DNA of 64,000 nucleotides from Haplodiscus bocki (GCA_965655095.1 OZ296648.1:135656001-135720000), one strand, 5' to 3'. Shown: positions 14,901-29,129, counted from the stretch's first letter. A program made the numbers and translations. Notes: generated by a model not told the origin, from the sequence alone.

Positions 14901-15570
14901 AAAGGCTTCTGTGCTTTTGTATGTAACGAGTACAGCCCGCAGTAATGGTTTGAAAAAACCGCGTCTTTTGTGAATCATTTTAATGCTGCGTCACTGATTT
15001 TCGGTCTGCTTTTTCAAAGCATCGTGACGAAATTTGTTGTTACAAGACTACCTGATGTTCGATCCAGTTACTCAAGCATTTGTTATGGTTCGGACGGGTC
15101 CGATTTTGTTGTATATGACTTCCGAAGTGGTGCGCTTTTTGTCACAGACTGAGAGAAGGTTAAGATGTGCGAACAGTCTCATTGATGTGTCAGTTAATGT
15201 TTCTCTGCTTTTTTGAACCGTCTTTTAGAAAAGTGTGATTGAACGATATTGTTATGTTCGTCGCCGTTAATGAGAAAGTCGTGATGGTTTGAAAGCCTTC
15301 GATTTTGTTTCAATTTGGCGATGTACTCTGTAGTAAAAGATGGAAGAAACGGCGTAGTTGCTTGATTTCTTTTAGTTCCTTTTTAAACCAGCTTGATGAA
15401 ATTTGTTTTCAGAAGACTACCTGATTTTTTGTCATAGTTATTCTGACTTTTTTAATGGTTTGAAAGCTTTCGATTTTGACGTAATTGACGAGTATGGCCC
15501 GTAGTAATGGATTGGAGAAACGGCGTGGTTTAGTGAACAGTTTTGATGCCGTTTCACCCATTTTCGGTTA
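8900..15570. repeat. HOR-B: 7-monomer unit, ~1333 bp, about 5 copies
   Basis: Landmarks 9122/10456/11788/13121/14454 and 9639/10971/12304/13637/14970. Confidence 0.93.
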
Positions 15571-18500
15571 GTTGTTTCAAACCATCCTGATAAAATTTGT
15601 TTTTAAAAGACTACCTCATGTTTGTCATAGTTACTCTGAAATTTGTGATGGTTCGAAAGACTTCGTTGTTGTTTTATTAGATTTCCGAAGTAGTTCTCTT
15701 TTTTTTCACGGACTGAAAGAAGTTGTGGTTGTGTTGTTCTTTTCATTGTTGTGTCAGCTATTTTTATTTTCCTTTTCAACCATCTTGCACAAAGGTGTGA
15801 TTGGAGGATTGCGTTGTTTTTGTCATAATTTTTCTGACATTTGTGATGGTTCGAAAGACTTGATTTTTGTTGTATGTGACTTCAGAAGTAGTTTTTTTTC
15901 ACTAACTGAAAAAAGATGTAGTTGTGTGAACGGTGTCGGTTGTCACTTTTTTCGTTTTTCAACCATCTTGTAGATAGTTGTGGTTGAAAGATTAGGTAGT
16001 CTTCGCCATATTTTTTCTGACAGCTTTAATGGTTCGAAAAGCGTCTGTATTGATGTATGCAGCGAGTATAGCCCGCAGTAATAGATTGAAAACACGGCGT
16101 ATTGTGTGAATCATTTTGGTGCTGCGTCACTGATTTTTGGTTTGCTTTTATGAAGCATCGTGATGAAAATTGTTATTAAAAGGCTACCTGATGTTCATTA
16201 CATTTACTCTAGCATTTGTTTTGGTTCGGAAGGCTTCGATTTTGTTGTATATGACTTCCGAAGTGGTGCGCTTTTTGTCACAGACTGAGAGAAGGTTAAG
16301 ATGTGCGAACAGTCTCATTGATGTGTCAGTTAATGTTTCTCTGCTTTTTTGAACCGTCTTGTAGAAAAGTGTGATTGAACGATATTGTTATGTTCGTCGC
16401 CGTTAATGAGAAAATCGTGATGGTTTGAAAGCCTTCGATTTTGTTTCAATTTGGCGATGTACTCTGTAGTAAAAGATGGAAGAAACGGCGTAGTTGCTTG
16501 ATTTCTTTTAGTTCCTTTTTAAACCAGCTTGATGAAATTTGTTTTCAGAAGACTACCTGATTTTTTGTCATAGTTATTCTGACTTTTTTAATGGTTCGAA
16601 AGCTTTCGATTTTGACGTAATTGACGGGTATGGCCCGTAGTAGTGGATTGGAGAAACGGCGTGGTTTAGTGAACAGTTTTGATGCCGTTTCACCCATTTT
16701 CGGTTAGTTGTTTCAAACCATCCTGATAAAATTTGTTAATAAAAGACTACCTCATGTTTGTCATAGTTACTCTGACATTTTTGATGAGTCGAAAGCCTTC
16801 GAAATTGACGTTTTTGATGAGTATGGCCCGCAGTGGATTGGAGAAACGGCGTAGTTTATTGAACTGTTTCGATGCCGTTTGACTCAAATTCGGTTAGTTG
16901 TTTCAAACCATCTAGATAAGATTTGTTATTAAAAGACTACCTGATGTGTTTCATAGTTGCTCTGGCTTTTGTGATGGTGAGAAAGACGTCAATTGTGTTT
17001 TCTGTGAGTTCGGTTTCAGTCGTCCCATTTAACCAGATTGAAAAATGGAGTGTTTGTGTGAATGATACGGGTGTTCTGTCACTGATTTTCTGTTGGATTT
17101 TTCGGGGCATCGTGATGAAAATTGTTTTGAATAGACTACATGATTTGTGTCTTTGTTACACTGACACATGTGATCGTTCGAAAGACTTCGATTTTATTGT
17201 ATGTGACTTCCGAAGTAGCTTTTCTTTTTTCACTGACTGAAAAAAGATGTAGATGTGGGAACGGTCTCGGTGTTGTCACTTTGTTCCTTTCTCCACCATC
17301 TTGTAGAAAATTGTGGTTGAAAGATTAGGTGATCATCGCCATGGTTTTTCTGACAGCTTCAGTGGTTCGAAAGGCTTCTGTGCTTTTGTATGTAACGAGT
17401 ACAGCCCGCAGTAATGGTTTGAAAAAACCGCGTCTTTTGTGAATCATTTTAATGCTGCGTCACTGATTTTCGGTCTGCTTTTTCAAAGCATCGTGACGAA
17501 ATTTGTTGTTACAAGACTACCTGATGTTCGATCCAGTTACTCAAGCATTTGTTATGGTTCGGACGGGTCCGATTTTGTTGTATATGACTTCCGAAGTGGT
17601 GCGCTTTTTGTCACAGACTGAGAGAAGGTTAAGATGTGCGAACAGTCTCATTGATGTGTCAGTTAATGTTTCTCTGCTTTTTTGAACCGTCTTTTAGAAA
17701 AGTGTGATTGAACGATATTGTTATGTTCGTCGCCGTTAATGAGAAAGTCGTGATGGTTTGAAAGCCTTCGATTTTGTTTCAATTTGGCGATGTACTCTGT
17801 AGTAAAAGATGGAAGAAACGGCGTAGTTGCTTGATTTCTTTTAGTTCCTTTTTAAACCAGCTTGATGAAATTTGTTTTCAGAAGACTACCTGATTTTTTG
17901 TCATAGTTATTCTGACTTTTTTAATGGTTTGAAAGCTTTCGATTTTGACGTAATTGACGAGTATGGCCCGTAGTAATGGATTGGAGAAACGGCGTGGTTT
18001 AGTGAACAGTTTTGATGCCGTTTCACCCATTTTCGGTTAGTTGTTTCAAACCATCCTGATAAAATTTGTTTTTAAAAGACTACCTCATGTTTGTCATAGT
18101 TACTCTGAAATTTGTGATGGTTCGAAAGACTTCGTTGTTGTTTTATTAGATTTCCGAAGTAGTTCTCTTTTTTTTCACGGACTGAAAGAAGTTGTGGTTG
18201 TGTTGTTCTTTTCATTGTTGTGTCAGCTATTTTTATTTTCCTTTTCAACCATCTTGCACAAAGGTGTGATTGGAGGATTGCGTTGTTTTTGTCATAATTT
18301 TTCTGACATTTGTGATGGTTCGAAAGACTTGATTTTTGTTGTATGTGACTTCAGAAGTAGTTTTTTTTCACTAACTGAAAAAAGATGTAGTTGTGTGAAC
18401 GGTGTCGGTTGTCACTTTTTTCGTTTTTCAACCATCTTGTAGATAGTTGTGGTTGAAAGATTAGGTAGTCTTCGCCATATTTTTTCTGACAGCTTTAATG

Positions 18501-18720
18501 GTTCGAAAAGCGTCTGTATTGATGTATGCAGCGAGTATAGCCCGCAGTAATAGATTGAAAACACGGCGTATTGTGTGAATCATTTTGGTGCTGCGTCACT
18601 GATTTTTGGTTGGCTTTTATGAAGCATCGTGATGAAAATTGTTATTAAAAGGCTACCTGATGTTCATTACATTTACTGTAGCATTTGTTTTGGTTCGGAA
18701 TGCTTCGATTTTGTTGTATG
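13790..18720. repeat. Composite 2469 bp (about 13-monomer) unit, 2 copies, mixing HOR-B and HOR-A monomers
   Basis: Landmarks 14454/16923, 14970/17439 and 15572/18041 are all offset by 2469. Boundaries are approximate. Confidence 0.88.
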
Positions 18721-21089
18721 TGACTTCCGAAGTGGTTGTCTTTTTTTCACAGACTGAACGAAGGTGTAGATGTTTGAACAGTCTCATTGACGTGTCAGTT
18801 GATTTTGCTTTGCTTTTTTGAGCAATCTTGGACAAAATTTGGGTTGGAAGAGTACGTGATGTTCGCCATAGTTACTCTGACAGCTTTATTGGTTCGAAAG
18901 GTTTCTATTTTGATGTATGTGACGAGTGTGTCACGCAAGAAGAGATAGAGCAAACGGCGATGACTAGTGAACTGTTTCAGCTTGCTTCTTAAACCATCGT
19001 GAGGAAAATCCTTATTAAAAGACGTTAGTTAATAGTGAATACTGTTAGTCATAAGTACTCTGACATTTGTGGTTGGTGGAAAGGTTTCGATTTTGTTCAA
19101 AGTGAGTTCGCAAAAATTGCTTCCGTATCAGCAGTATGCTGAAAAAACGGCCTATTGTGTGGATCATTTTTGGTGTTGCGTAACTGATTTTCGGTTTGCT
19201 TTTTCAAAATGTCGTGGTGAAAATTTTGGTCAAGAGACTACCTGATGTTTGTCATAGTTACTCTGACATTTGTGATGCTTCGAAAAGCTTAGATATTGTT
19301 TTATGTGAGTTGGGACAAAGTTGTCCCATTTTAACAGATTGAAAATTGGCCTAATGTTTATTTTTCTGGTGTTGTGTCACTGGTCGTCGGTTTGTTGTTT
19401 CTGACCATCCTGATGAAATTTGTTATTAATAGACTACGTCTTGTTTGTCATAGTTACTCTGAAATTTGTGATGGTTCGAAAGACTTCGTTTTTTTTTATT
19501 AAATTTCCGAAGTAGTTCTCCTTTTTTCACGGACTGAAAGAAGTTGTAGTTGTGTAAGTCGTTTCATTGTTGTATCAGCTATTTTTATTTTGCTTTTCAA
19601 CCATCTTGCAGAACAGTGTGATTGGAAGATTGCGTTGTTTTTGTCATAGTTTTTCTGACATTTGTGATGGTTCCAAAGACTTCGATTTTGTTGTATATGA
19701 CTTCCGAATTAGTTTTTTTTCAGTGACTCAAAAAAAGATGTAATTGTGTCAACTGTTTCGGTGTTGTGTCACTCTCTTCGTTTTTCAACCATCTTGTTGA
19801 AATTTGTGGTTGAAAGATTAGGTGATCTTCGCCATAGTTTTTCTGACATCTTTAATGGTTCGAAAAGCTTCTGTATTGATGTATGTAACGAGTATAGCCG
19901 GCAGTAATAGATTGAAATGGAGTATTGTGATTTTCTTTGGTGCCGCGTCACTGATTTTAGGTTGGCTTATTTAAAGCATCGTGATGAAATTTGTTTGTTA
20001 ATAAAAGACTACCTGATCTTCGATATTGTTACTCTGACATTTGTGATGTTTCGGAAGGCTTCGATTTTGTTGTTTGTGAGTTGGGATTCTTTTGTCCCGT
20101 TTTTACGAGATTGAAAGAAGGCGTACTGTGTGAACTAGTTTGGTGTCGTTTCATCAAATTCTGTTTGCTTTGAAACATCGTGTGGAAAATTGTTTTCAAA
20201 ACACTACTTGATGTTTGTCATAGTTGCTATGATAATTGTGATGGTTTGAAAAGTTTCGATATTGTATGTGAGTTCAAATAAAGTTGTCCCATTTTAACAG
20301 ATAGAAAAATGGCGTAGTGTGTTAATTTTCTGGTGTTTCGTCATTGGTCGTCGCTTTGTTGTTTCTGACTATCCTGATGAAATTTGTTAATAAAAGACTA
20401 CCTCATGTTTGTCATAGTTACTCTGACATTTTTGATGAGTCGAAAGCCTTCGAAATTGACGTTTTTGATGAGTATGGCCCGTAGTGGATTGGAGAAACGG
20501 CGTAGTTTATTGAACTGTTTCGATGCCGTTTGACTCAAATTCGGTTAGTTGTTTCAAACCATCTAGATAAGAATTGTTATTAAAAGACTACCTGATGTTT
20601 TTCATGGCTGCTCTGGCTTTTGTGATGGTGAGAAAGGCGTCAATTGTGTTTTCTGTGAGTTCGGTTTCAGTCGTCCCATTTAACCAGATTGAAAAACGGA
20701 GTGTTTGTGTGAATGATACGGGTGTTCTGTCACTGATTTTCTGTTGGATTTTTCGGAGCATCGTGATGAAAATTGTTTTGAATAGACTACATGATTTGTG
20801 TCTTTGTTACACTGACACATGTGATGGTTCGAAAGACTTCGATTTTATTGTATGTGACTTCCGAAGTAGCTTTTCTTTTTTCACTGACTGAAAAAAGATG
20901 TAGATGTGGGAACGGTCTCGGTGTTGTCACTTTGTTCCTTTTTCAACCATCTTGTAGAAAATTGTGGTTGAAAGATTAGGTGATCATCGCCATAGTTTTT
21001 TTGACAGCTTCAGTGGTTCGAAAGGCTTCTGTGCTTTTGTATGTAACGAGTACAGCCCGCAGTAATGGTTTGAAAAAACCGCGTCTTTT

Positions 21090-24000
21090 GTGAATCATTT
21101 TAATGCTGCGTCACTGATTTTCGGTCTGCTTTTTCAAAGCATCGTGACGAAATTTGTTGTTACAAGACTACCTGATGTTCGATCCAGTTACTCAAGCATT
21201 TGTTATGGTGCGGACGGGTCCGATTTTGTTGTATATGACTTCCGAAGTGGTGCGCTTTTTGTCACAGACTGGGAGAAGGTTAAGATGTGCGAACAGTCTC
21301 ATTGATGTGTCAGTTAATGTTTCTCTGCTTTTTTGAACCGTCTTGTAGAAAAGTGTGATTGAACGATTTTGTTATGTTCGTCGCCGTTGATGAGAAAGTC
21401 GTGATGGTTTGAAAGCCTTCGATTTTGTTTCATTTTGGCGATGTACTCTGTAGTAAAAGATGGAAGAAACGGCGTAGTTGCTTGATTTCTTTTAGTTCCT
21501 TTTTAAACCAGCTTGATGAAATTTGTTTTCAGAAGACTACCTGATTTTTGTCATAGTTATTCTGACATTTTTAATGGTTCGAAAGCTTTCGATTTTGACG
21601 TAATTGACGAGTATGGCCCGTAGTAGTGGATTGGAGAAACGGCGTGGTTTAGTGAACAGTTTTGATGCCGTTTCACCCATTTTCGGTTGGTTGTTTCAAA
21701 CCATCTTGATGAAAATTGTTATTAAAAGACTACCTGATGTTTTTCATAGTTGCTCTGGATTTTGTGATGGTGAGAAAGGCGTCAATTGTGTTTTCTGTGA
21801 GTTCGAATTCGATTGTCCCATTTAACCAGATTGCAAAATGGAGTGGTTGTGTGAATTATATGGGTGTCGTGTCACTGATTTTCTGTTTGATTTTTTGAAG
21901 CATCGTGATGAATATTGTTTTTAATAGTTTTAATAGACTACATGATTTTTTTCGTTTCTCTGACATTTGTGATCGTTCGAAAGACTTCAATTTTGTTGTA
22001 CGTGACTTCAGAAGTAGTTTTTTTCACTAACTGAAAATAGATGTAGTTGTGTGAACGGTCTTGGTGTTATGTCACTTCTTTCCTTTCTCAACCATCTTGT
22101 GGATAATTGCGGTTGATAGATTAGGTGATGTTCGCCATAGTTTTTCTGACAGCTGTAATGGTTCGAAGGGCTTCTGTGTAGATGTATGTAACGAGTATAG
22201 CCCGAAATATTGGATTGAAAAAACGGCGTATTGTGTCAATCTTTTTGGTGCTGCGTCACTGATTTTTGGTTTGCTTTTTTGAAGCATCGTGATGAAAATT
22301 GTTATTAAAGGGCTACCTGATGTTCATTATATTTAATCTGGCACTTGTTATGGTTCCGACGGATTCGATTTTGTTGTGTGACTTCCGAAGTGGTGCTCCT
22401 TTTTTCACAGAGTGAAGAAGGCGTACATGTTTGAACAGTCTCCTAAATGTGTCATTTAATTTTACTTTGCTTTTTTGAACCGTCTTATAGAAAAGTGTGA
22501 TTGAAAGATTTTGTTATGTTCGTCGCCGTTAATGAGAAAGTCGTGATGGTTCAAAAGTCTTCGATTTTGTTTCACTATGACAATGTTTTCCTTAGAAGAT
22601 TGAGGAAACGGCGTACTTGATTGATTTCTTTCAGTTCCTTTTTAAACCAGCATGATGAAACTTGTTTTCAAAAGACTACCATGATTTTTGTCATAGTTAC
22701 ACTGATATATGTGATGGTTCGACAGACTTCGATTTTGTTGTGTGACTTCCGAAGTAGTTTTCCTTGTTTCACTGACTGAAGAAAGATGTAGATGTGTGAA
22801 CGGTCTCGGTGTCGTCACTTTGTTACTTTTTCAACCATCTTGTAGAAAATTGTGGTTGAAAGATTAGGTGATCATCGCCATAGTTTTTCTGACAGCTTCA
22901 GTGGTTCGACAGGCTTCTGTGCTTTTGTATGTAACGAGTACAGCCCGCAGTAATGGTTTGAAAAAACCGCGTCTTTTGTGAATCATTTTGGTGCTGCGTC
23001 ACTGATTTTCGGTCTGCTTTTTCAAAGCATCGTGACGAAATTTGTTATTACAAGACTACCTGATGTTCGATCCAGTTACTCAAGCATTTGTTATGGTGCG
23101 GACGGGTCCGATTTTGTTGTATATGACTTCCGAAGTGGTGCGCTTTTTGTCACAGACTGGGAGAAGGTTAAGATGTGCGAACAGTCTCATTGATGTGTCA
23201 GTTAATGTTTCTCTGCTTTTTTGAACCGTCTTGTAGAAAAGTGTGATTGAACGATTTTGTTATGTTCGTCGCCGTTAATGAGAAAGTCGTGATGGTTTGA
23301 AAGCCTTCGATTTTGTTTCAATTTGGCGATGTTTTCTGTAGCAAAAGATTGAAGAAACGGCGTAGTTGCTTGATTTTTTTTAGTTCCTTTTCAAACGAGC
23401 TTGATGAAATTTGTTTTCAGAAGACTACCTGATTTTTGTCATAGTTATTCTGACTTTTTTAGTGGTTCCAAAAGCTTTCCATTTTGACGTAATTGACGAG
23501 TATGGCCCGTAGTAGTGGATTGGAGAAACGGCGTGGTTTAGTGAACTGTTTTGATGCCGTTTCACTCATTTTCGGTTAGTTGTTTCAAACGATCTTGATG
23601 AAAATTGTTATTAAAAGACTACCTGATGTTTTTCATAGTTGCTCTGGCTTTTGTGATGGTGAGAAAGGCGTCAATTGTGTTTTCTGTGAGTTCGACTTCA
23701 GTCGTCACATTTAACCAGTTTGAGAAATGGAGTAGTTGTGTGAATTACAGGGGTGTCGTGTCATTGTTTTTCTGTTTGATTTTTTGAAGCATGACATTTG
23801 TGATAGTTCGAAAGACTTCAATTTTGTTGTATGTGACTCCCGAAGTAGTTTTCCTTTTTTCACTGACTAAATAAAGATGTAGTTTTGTGAACGGTCTTGG
23901 TGTTATGTCACTTCTTTCCTTTTTCAACCATCTTGTGGATAATTGCGGTTGATAGATTAGGTGATGTTCGCCATAGTTTTTCTGACAGCTGTAATTGTTC

Positions 24001-27000
24001 GAAAGGCTTCTGTGTTGATGTATGTAACGAGTATAGCCCGAAATATTGGATTGAAAAAACGGCGTATTGTGTCAATCTTTTTGGTGCTGCGTCACTGTTT
24101 TTTGGTTTGCTTTTTTGAAGCACCGTGATGAAAATTGTTATTAAAGGGCTACCTGATGTTCATTACATTTACTCTGGCACTTGTTATGGTTCCGACAGAT
24201 TCGATTTTGTTGTGTGACTTCCGAAGTGGTGCTCCTTTTTTCACAGAGTGAAGAAGGCGTACATGTTTGAACAGTCTCCTAAATGTGTCATTTAATTTTA
24301 CTTTGCTTTTTTGAACCGTCTTATAGAAAAGTGTGATTGAAAGATTTTGTTATGTTCGTCGCCGTTAATGAGAAAGTCGTGATGGTTCAAAAGTCTTCGA
24401 TTTTGTTTCACTATGACAATGTTTTCCTTAGAAGATTGAGGAAACGGCGTACTTGATTGATTTCTTTCAGTTCCTTTTTAAACCAGCATGATGAAACTTG
24501 TTTTCAAAAGACTACCATGATTTTTGTCATAGTTACACTGATATATGTGATGGTTCGACAGACTTCGATTTTGTTGTGTGACTTCCGAAGTAGTTTTCCT
24601 TGTTTCACTGACTGAAGAAAGATGTAGATGTGTGAACGGTCTCGGTGTCGTCACTTTGTTACTTTTTCAACCATCTTGTAGAAAATTGTGGTTGAAAGAT
24701 TAGGTGATCATCGCCATAGTTTTTCTGACAGCTTCAGTGGTTCGACAGGCTTCTGTGCTTTTGTATGTAACGAGTACAGCCCGCAGTAATGGTTTGAAAA
24801 AACCGCGTCTTTTGTGAATCATTTTGGTGCTGCGTCACTGATTTTCGGTCTGCTTTTTCAAAGCATCGTGACGAAATTTGTTATTACAAGACTACCTGAT
24901 GTTCGATCCAGTTACTCAAGCATTTGTTATGGTGCGGACGGGTCCGATTTTGTTGTATATGACTTCCGAAGTGGTGCGCTTTTTGTCACAGACTGGGAGA
25001 AGGTTAAGATGTGCGAACAGTCTCATTGATGTGTCAGTTAATGTTTCTCTGCTTTTTTGAACCGTCTTGTAGAAAAGTGTGATTGAACGATTTTGTTATG
25101 TTCGTCGCCGTTAATGAGAAAGTCGTGATGGTTTGAAAGCCTTCGATTTTGTTTCAATTTGGCGATGTTTTCTGTAGCAAAAGATTGAAGAAACGGCGTA
25201 GTTGCTTGATTTTTTTTAGTTCCTTTTCAAACGAGCTTGATGAAATTTGTTTTCAGAAGACTACCTGATTTTTGTCATAGTTATTCTGACTTTTTTAGTG
25301 GTTCCAAAAGCTTTCCATTTTGACGTAATTGACGAGTATGGCCCGTAGTAGTGGATTGGAGAAACGGCGTGGTTTAGTGAACTGTTTTGATGCCGTTTCA
25401 CTCATTTTCGGTTAGTTGTTTCAAACGATCTTGATGAAAATTGTTATTAAAAGACTACCTGATGTTTTTCATAGTTGCTCTGGCTTTTGTGATGGTGAGA
25501 AAGGCGTCAATTGTGTTTTCTGTGAGTTCGACTTCAGTCGTCACATTTAACCAGTTTGAGAAATGGAGTAGTTGTGTGAATTACAGGGGTGTCGTGTCAT
25601 TGTTTTTCTGTTTGATTTTTTGAAGCATGACATTTGTGATAGTTCGAAAGACTTCAATTTTGTTGTATGTGACTCCCGAAGTAGTTTTCCTTTTTTCACT
25701 GACTAAATAAAGATGTAGTTTTGTGAACGGTCTTGGTGTTATGTCACTTCTTTCCTTTTTCAACCATCTTGTGGATAATTGCGGTTGATAGATTAGGTGA
25801 TGTTCGCCATAGTTTTTCTGACAGCTGTAATTGTTCGAAAGGCTTCTGTGTTGATGTATGTAACGAGTATAGCCCGAAATATTGGATTGAAAAAACGGCG
25901 TATTGTGTCAATCTTTTTGGTGCTGCGTCACTGTTTTTTGGTTTGCTTTTTTGAAGCACCGTGATGAAAATTGTTATTAAAGGGCTACCTGATGTTCATT
26001 ACATTTACTCTGGCACTTGTTATGGTTCCGACAGATTCGATTTTGTTGTGTGACTTCCGAAGTGGTGCTCCTTTTTTCACAGAGTGAAGAAGGCGTACAT
26101 GTTTGAACAGTCTCTCTGAAGCGTCATTTAATTTTACTTTGCTTTTTTGAACCGTCTTATAGAAAAGTGTGATTGAAAGATTTTATGTTCGTCGCCGTTA
26201 ATGAGAAAGTCTTGATGGTTCAAAAGTCTTCGATTTTGTTTCACTATGACAATGTTTTCCTTAGTAGAAGATTGAAGAAACGGCGTACTTGATTGATTTC
26301 TTTCAGTTCCTTTTTAAACCAGCATGGTGAAACTCGTTTTCAAAAGACTACCATGATTTTTGTCATAGTTACACTGATATATGTGATGGTTCGACAGACT
26401 TCGATTTTGTTGTGTGACTTCCGAAGTAGTTTTCCTTGTTTCACTGACTGAAGAAAGATGTAGATGTGTGAACGGTCTCGGTGTCGTCACTTTGTTACTT
26501 TTTCAACCATCTTGTAGAAAATTGTGGTTGAAAGATTAGGTGATCATCGCCATAGTTTTTCTCACAGCTTCAGTGGTTCGAAAGGCTTCTGTGCTTTTGT
26601 ATGTAACGAGTACAGCCCGCAGTAATGGTTTGAAAAAACCGCGTCTTTTGTGAATCATTTTGGTGCTGCGTCACTGATTTTCGGTCTGCTTTTTCAAAGC
26701 ATCGTGACGAAATTTGTTATTACAAGACTACCTGATGTTCGATCCAGTTACTCAAGCATTTGTTATGGTTCGGACGGGTCCGATTTTGTTGTATATGACT
26801 TCCGAAGTGGTGCGCTTTTTGTCACAGACTGAAAGAAGGTTAAGATGTGCGAACAGTCTCATTGATGTGTCAGTTAATGTTTCTTTGCTTTTTTGAACCG
26901 TCTTGTAGAAAAGTGTGATTGAACGATTTTGTTATGTTCGTCGCCATTAATGAGAAAGTCGTGATGGTTTGAAAGCCTTCGATTTTGTTTTAATTTGGCG

Positions 27001-28326
27001 ATGTTTTCTGTAGCAAAAGATTGAAGAAACGGCGTAGTTGCTTGATTTCGTTTAGTTCCTTTTCAAACGAGCTTGATGAAATTTGTTTTCAGAAGACTAC
27101 CTGATTTTTGTTATAGTTATTCTGACTTTTTTAATGGTTCGAAAGCTTTCGATTTTGACGTAATTGACGAGTGTGGCCCGTAGTAGTGGATTGGAGAAAC
27201 GGCGTGGTTTAGTGAACTGTTTTGATGCCGTTTCACTCATTTTCGGTTAGTTGTTTCAAACGATCTTGATGAAAATTGTTATTAAAAAGACTACCTGATG
27301 TTTTTCGTAGTTGCTCTGGCTTTTGTGATGGTGAGAAAGGCGTCAATTGTGTTTTCTGTGAATTCGACTTCAGTCGTCCCATTTAACCAGATTGAGAAAT
27401 GGAGTAGTTGTGTGAATTATAGGGGTGTCGTGTCATTGTTTTTCTGTTTGATTTTTTGAAGCATGACATTTGTGATAGTTCGAATGACTTCGATTTTGTT
27501 GTATGTGACTCCCGAAGTAGTTTTCCTTTTTCCACTGACTAAATAAAGATGTAGTTTTGTGAACGGTCTTGGTGTTATGTCACTTCTTTCCTTTTTCAAC
27601 CATCTTGTGGATAATTGCGGTTGATAGATTAGGTGATGTTCGCCATAGTTTTTCTGACAGCTGTAATGGTTCGAAAGGCTTCTGTGTTGATGTATGTAAC
27701 GAGTATAGCCGGCAGTAATGGAGTGAAAAAACGGCGTATTGTGTGAATCATTTTGGTGCTGCCTCACAGATTTTCGGTTTGCCTTTTTAAAGCATTGTGA
27801 TGAAAATTGTTATTAAAAGACTACCTGATGTCCGATACATTTACTCTAGCTTTTCTGATGGTTCGGAACGCTTCGATTTTGTTTCATGTGACTTCCGAAG
27901 TAGTGCTCTTCTTTTCACAGACTGATCGAAGGTGTAGACGCGTGAAGTCTCATTGATGTGTCAGTCATGTTTACTTTGCTTTTTTGAACCGTCTTGCAGA
28001 AAAGTGTGCTCGAAAGGTTTTGTTATGTTCGTCGTCGTTAATCAGCCAGACAGTGGTGATGGTTCGAAGGTCTTCGATTTTGTTTCAAATTGACGATGTT
28101 TTCCGTAGTAAAAGAGTGAAAAACGGAGTAGCTGAGTGATTTTTTTTAGATTCTTTTTGAACCAGCATGGTGAAACTCGTTTTCAAAAGACTACCATGAT
28201 TTTTGTCATAGTTACACTGATATATGTGATGGTTCGACAGACTTCGATTTTGTTGTGTGACTTCCGAAGTAGTTTTCCTTGTTTCACTGACTGAAGAAAG
28301 ATGTAGATGTGTGAACGGTCTCGGTG
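21090..28326. repeat. HOR-C: about 10-monomer unit, 1888 bp then 1836 bp
   Basis: Landmarks 21090/22978 (1888), 22978/24814/26650 (1836) and 23745/25581/27417. Confidence 0.9.
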
Positions 28327-28356
28327 GTCACGGGATTGCGCCCCACATTAGTCCTT

Positions 28357-28387
28357 GCGAGGCGGGGGAGGGGCCCCTTTGCCTCGC
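28357..28387. other. GC-rich subterminal hairpin ~30 bp from the element 3' (left) end; also 46304-46334 and 47354-47386, weaker at 29409-29434
   Basis: GCGAGGC...GCCTCGC stem enclosing GGGGGAGGGGCCCC; analogous to Helitron 3' termination hairpins. Confidence 0.7.
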
Positions 28388-29129
28388 GTTAAAATATAAG
28401 AAAAAACAAATATGCACAAACGGTATAAGGAATTAGCGATCTCAGCTCCCACCCATACGATTTGGATCAAACTTTGCATGCGGGCATAACTTTCAATTCT
28501 AAGAACAATGGTGCAAGTTAGATCATTCTAGCAAAAATGGTTGAGGAATTATGACGGGATGATTCTGTTTTTTGGCCTCATTTTGCAGTTTTTTACCGAC
28601 AGCCCTGCAAGTAACCACATGCATTTGGCCGAAACTTTTCGTGTGAAGCAGAGTAACTAAGAGCTACACGCATGCAAAAATTTTTCTACCAACTCGTCAT
28701 AGGTGTTGAGATGTGACGGATCAAAGTTGGAAAAAAATGCCGGAAATCGATCATTTCGTCATATCTCCCACTTTGATGCACATAGATTTCGTTCTGCAGC
28801 GGCTCCATTGTGAAATTGACTCCATAACTTGAAAGACAATTTTTCGACGATACAAAATTTTTGGCCATTTTGCCGAAAAAAATGACGGTTATGACGAAAA
28901 AAAATCAGAAAAAAAATTGAAAATTTCCAAAAACCCAGTTTTCATTCAGGAATTCAAATCTGGCATTTCTTTCTCCAGTTCTTCTTCAGAATTCTCTTAC
29001 TGCGTAGCTTTCTGAAATTTAGCATCTTTCGTGGGTTGAAGTTTTGAAGTTTTTCCGGGGAAAAATTAGTATTTAATTTGGTCCGAAAGTGAGGGAAAAA
29101 TTCTCACAAGTCAAATTGTTAATTGCCCC

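Larger units (their letters stand above)
1..28326. repeat. Satellite array of ~185-200 bp diverged monomers with higher-order repeat structure (centromeric/pericentromeric-like)
   Basis: Landmark TGATGGTTCGAAAG-like motif recurs at ~101, 298, 490, 676, 868, 1068, 1251, 1451 (183-200 bp spacing). Adjacent monomers are diverged but multimers are near-identical. No long ORFs; the + strand is strongly T/G-rich. Confidence 0.97.

Noticed and set aside
1499-27767. Dozens of 60-134 aa ORFs in the satellite
   Set aside because: Artefacts of a T/G-rich repeat; frames are broken by indels between copies and show no domain signal.
1-28326. CRISPR-like or coding-repeat interpretation of the array
   Set aside because: No unique spacers (whole monomers are homologous), no cas genes, no sustained frame; the context is eukaryotic.
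28686-28868. 60-aa ORF in E0 (also 46632-46814, 47597-48037)
   Set aside because: Lies in subterminal repeat DNA; no equivalent ORF is listed for E1 and it has no recognisable motif.
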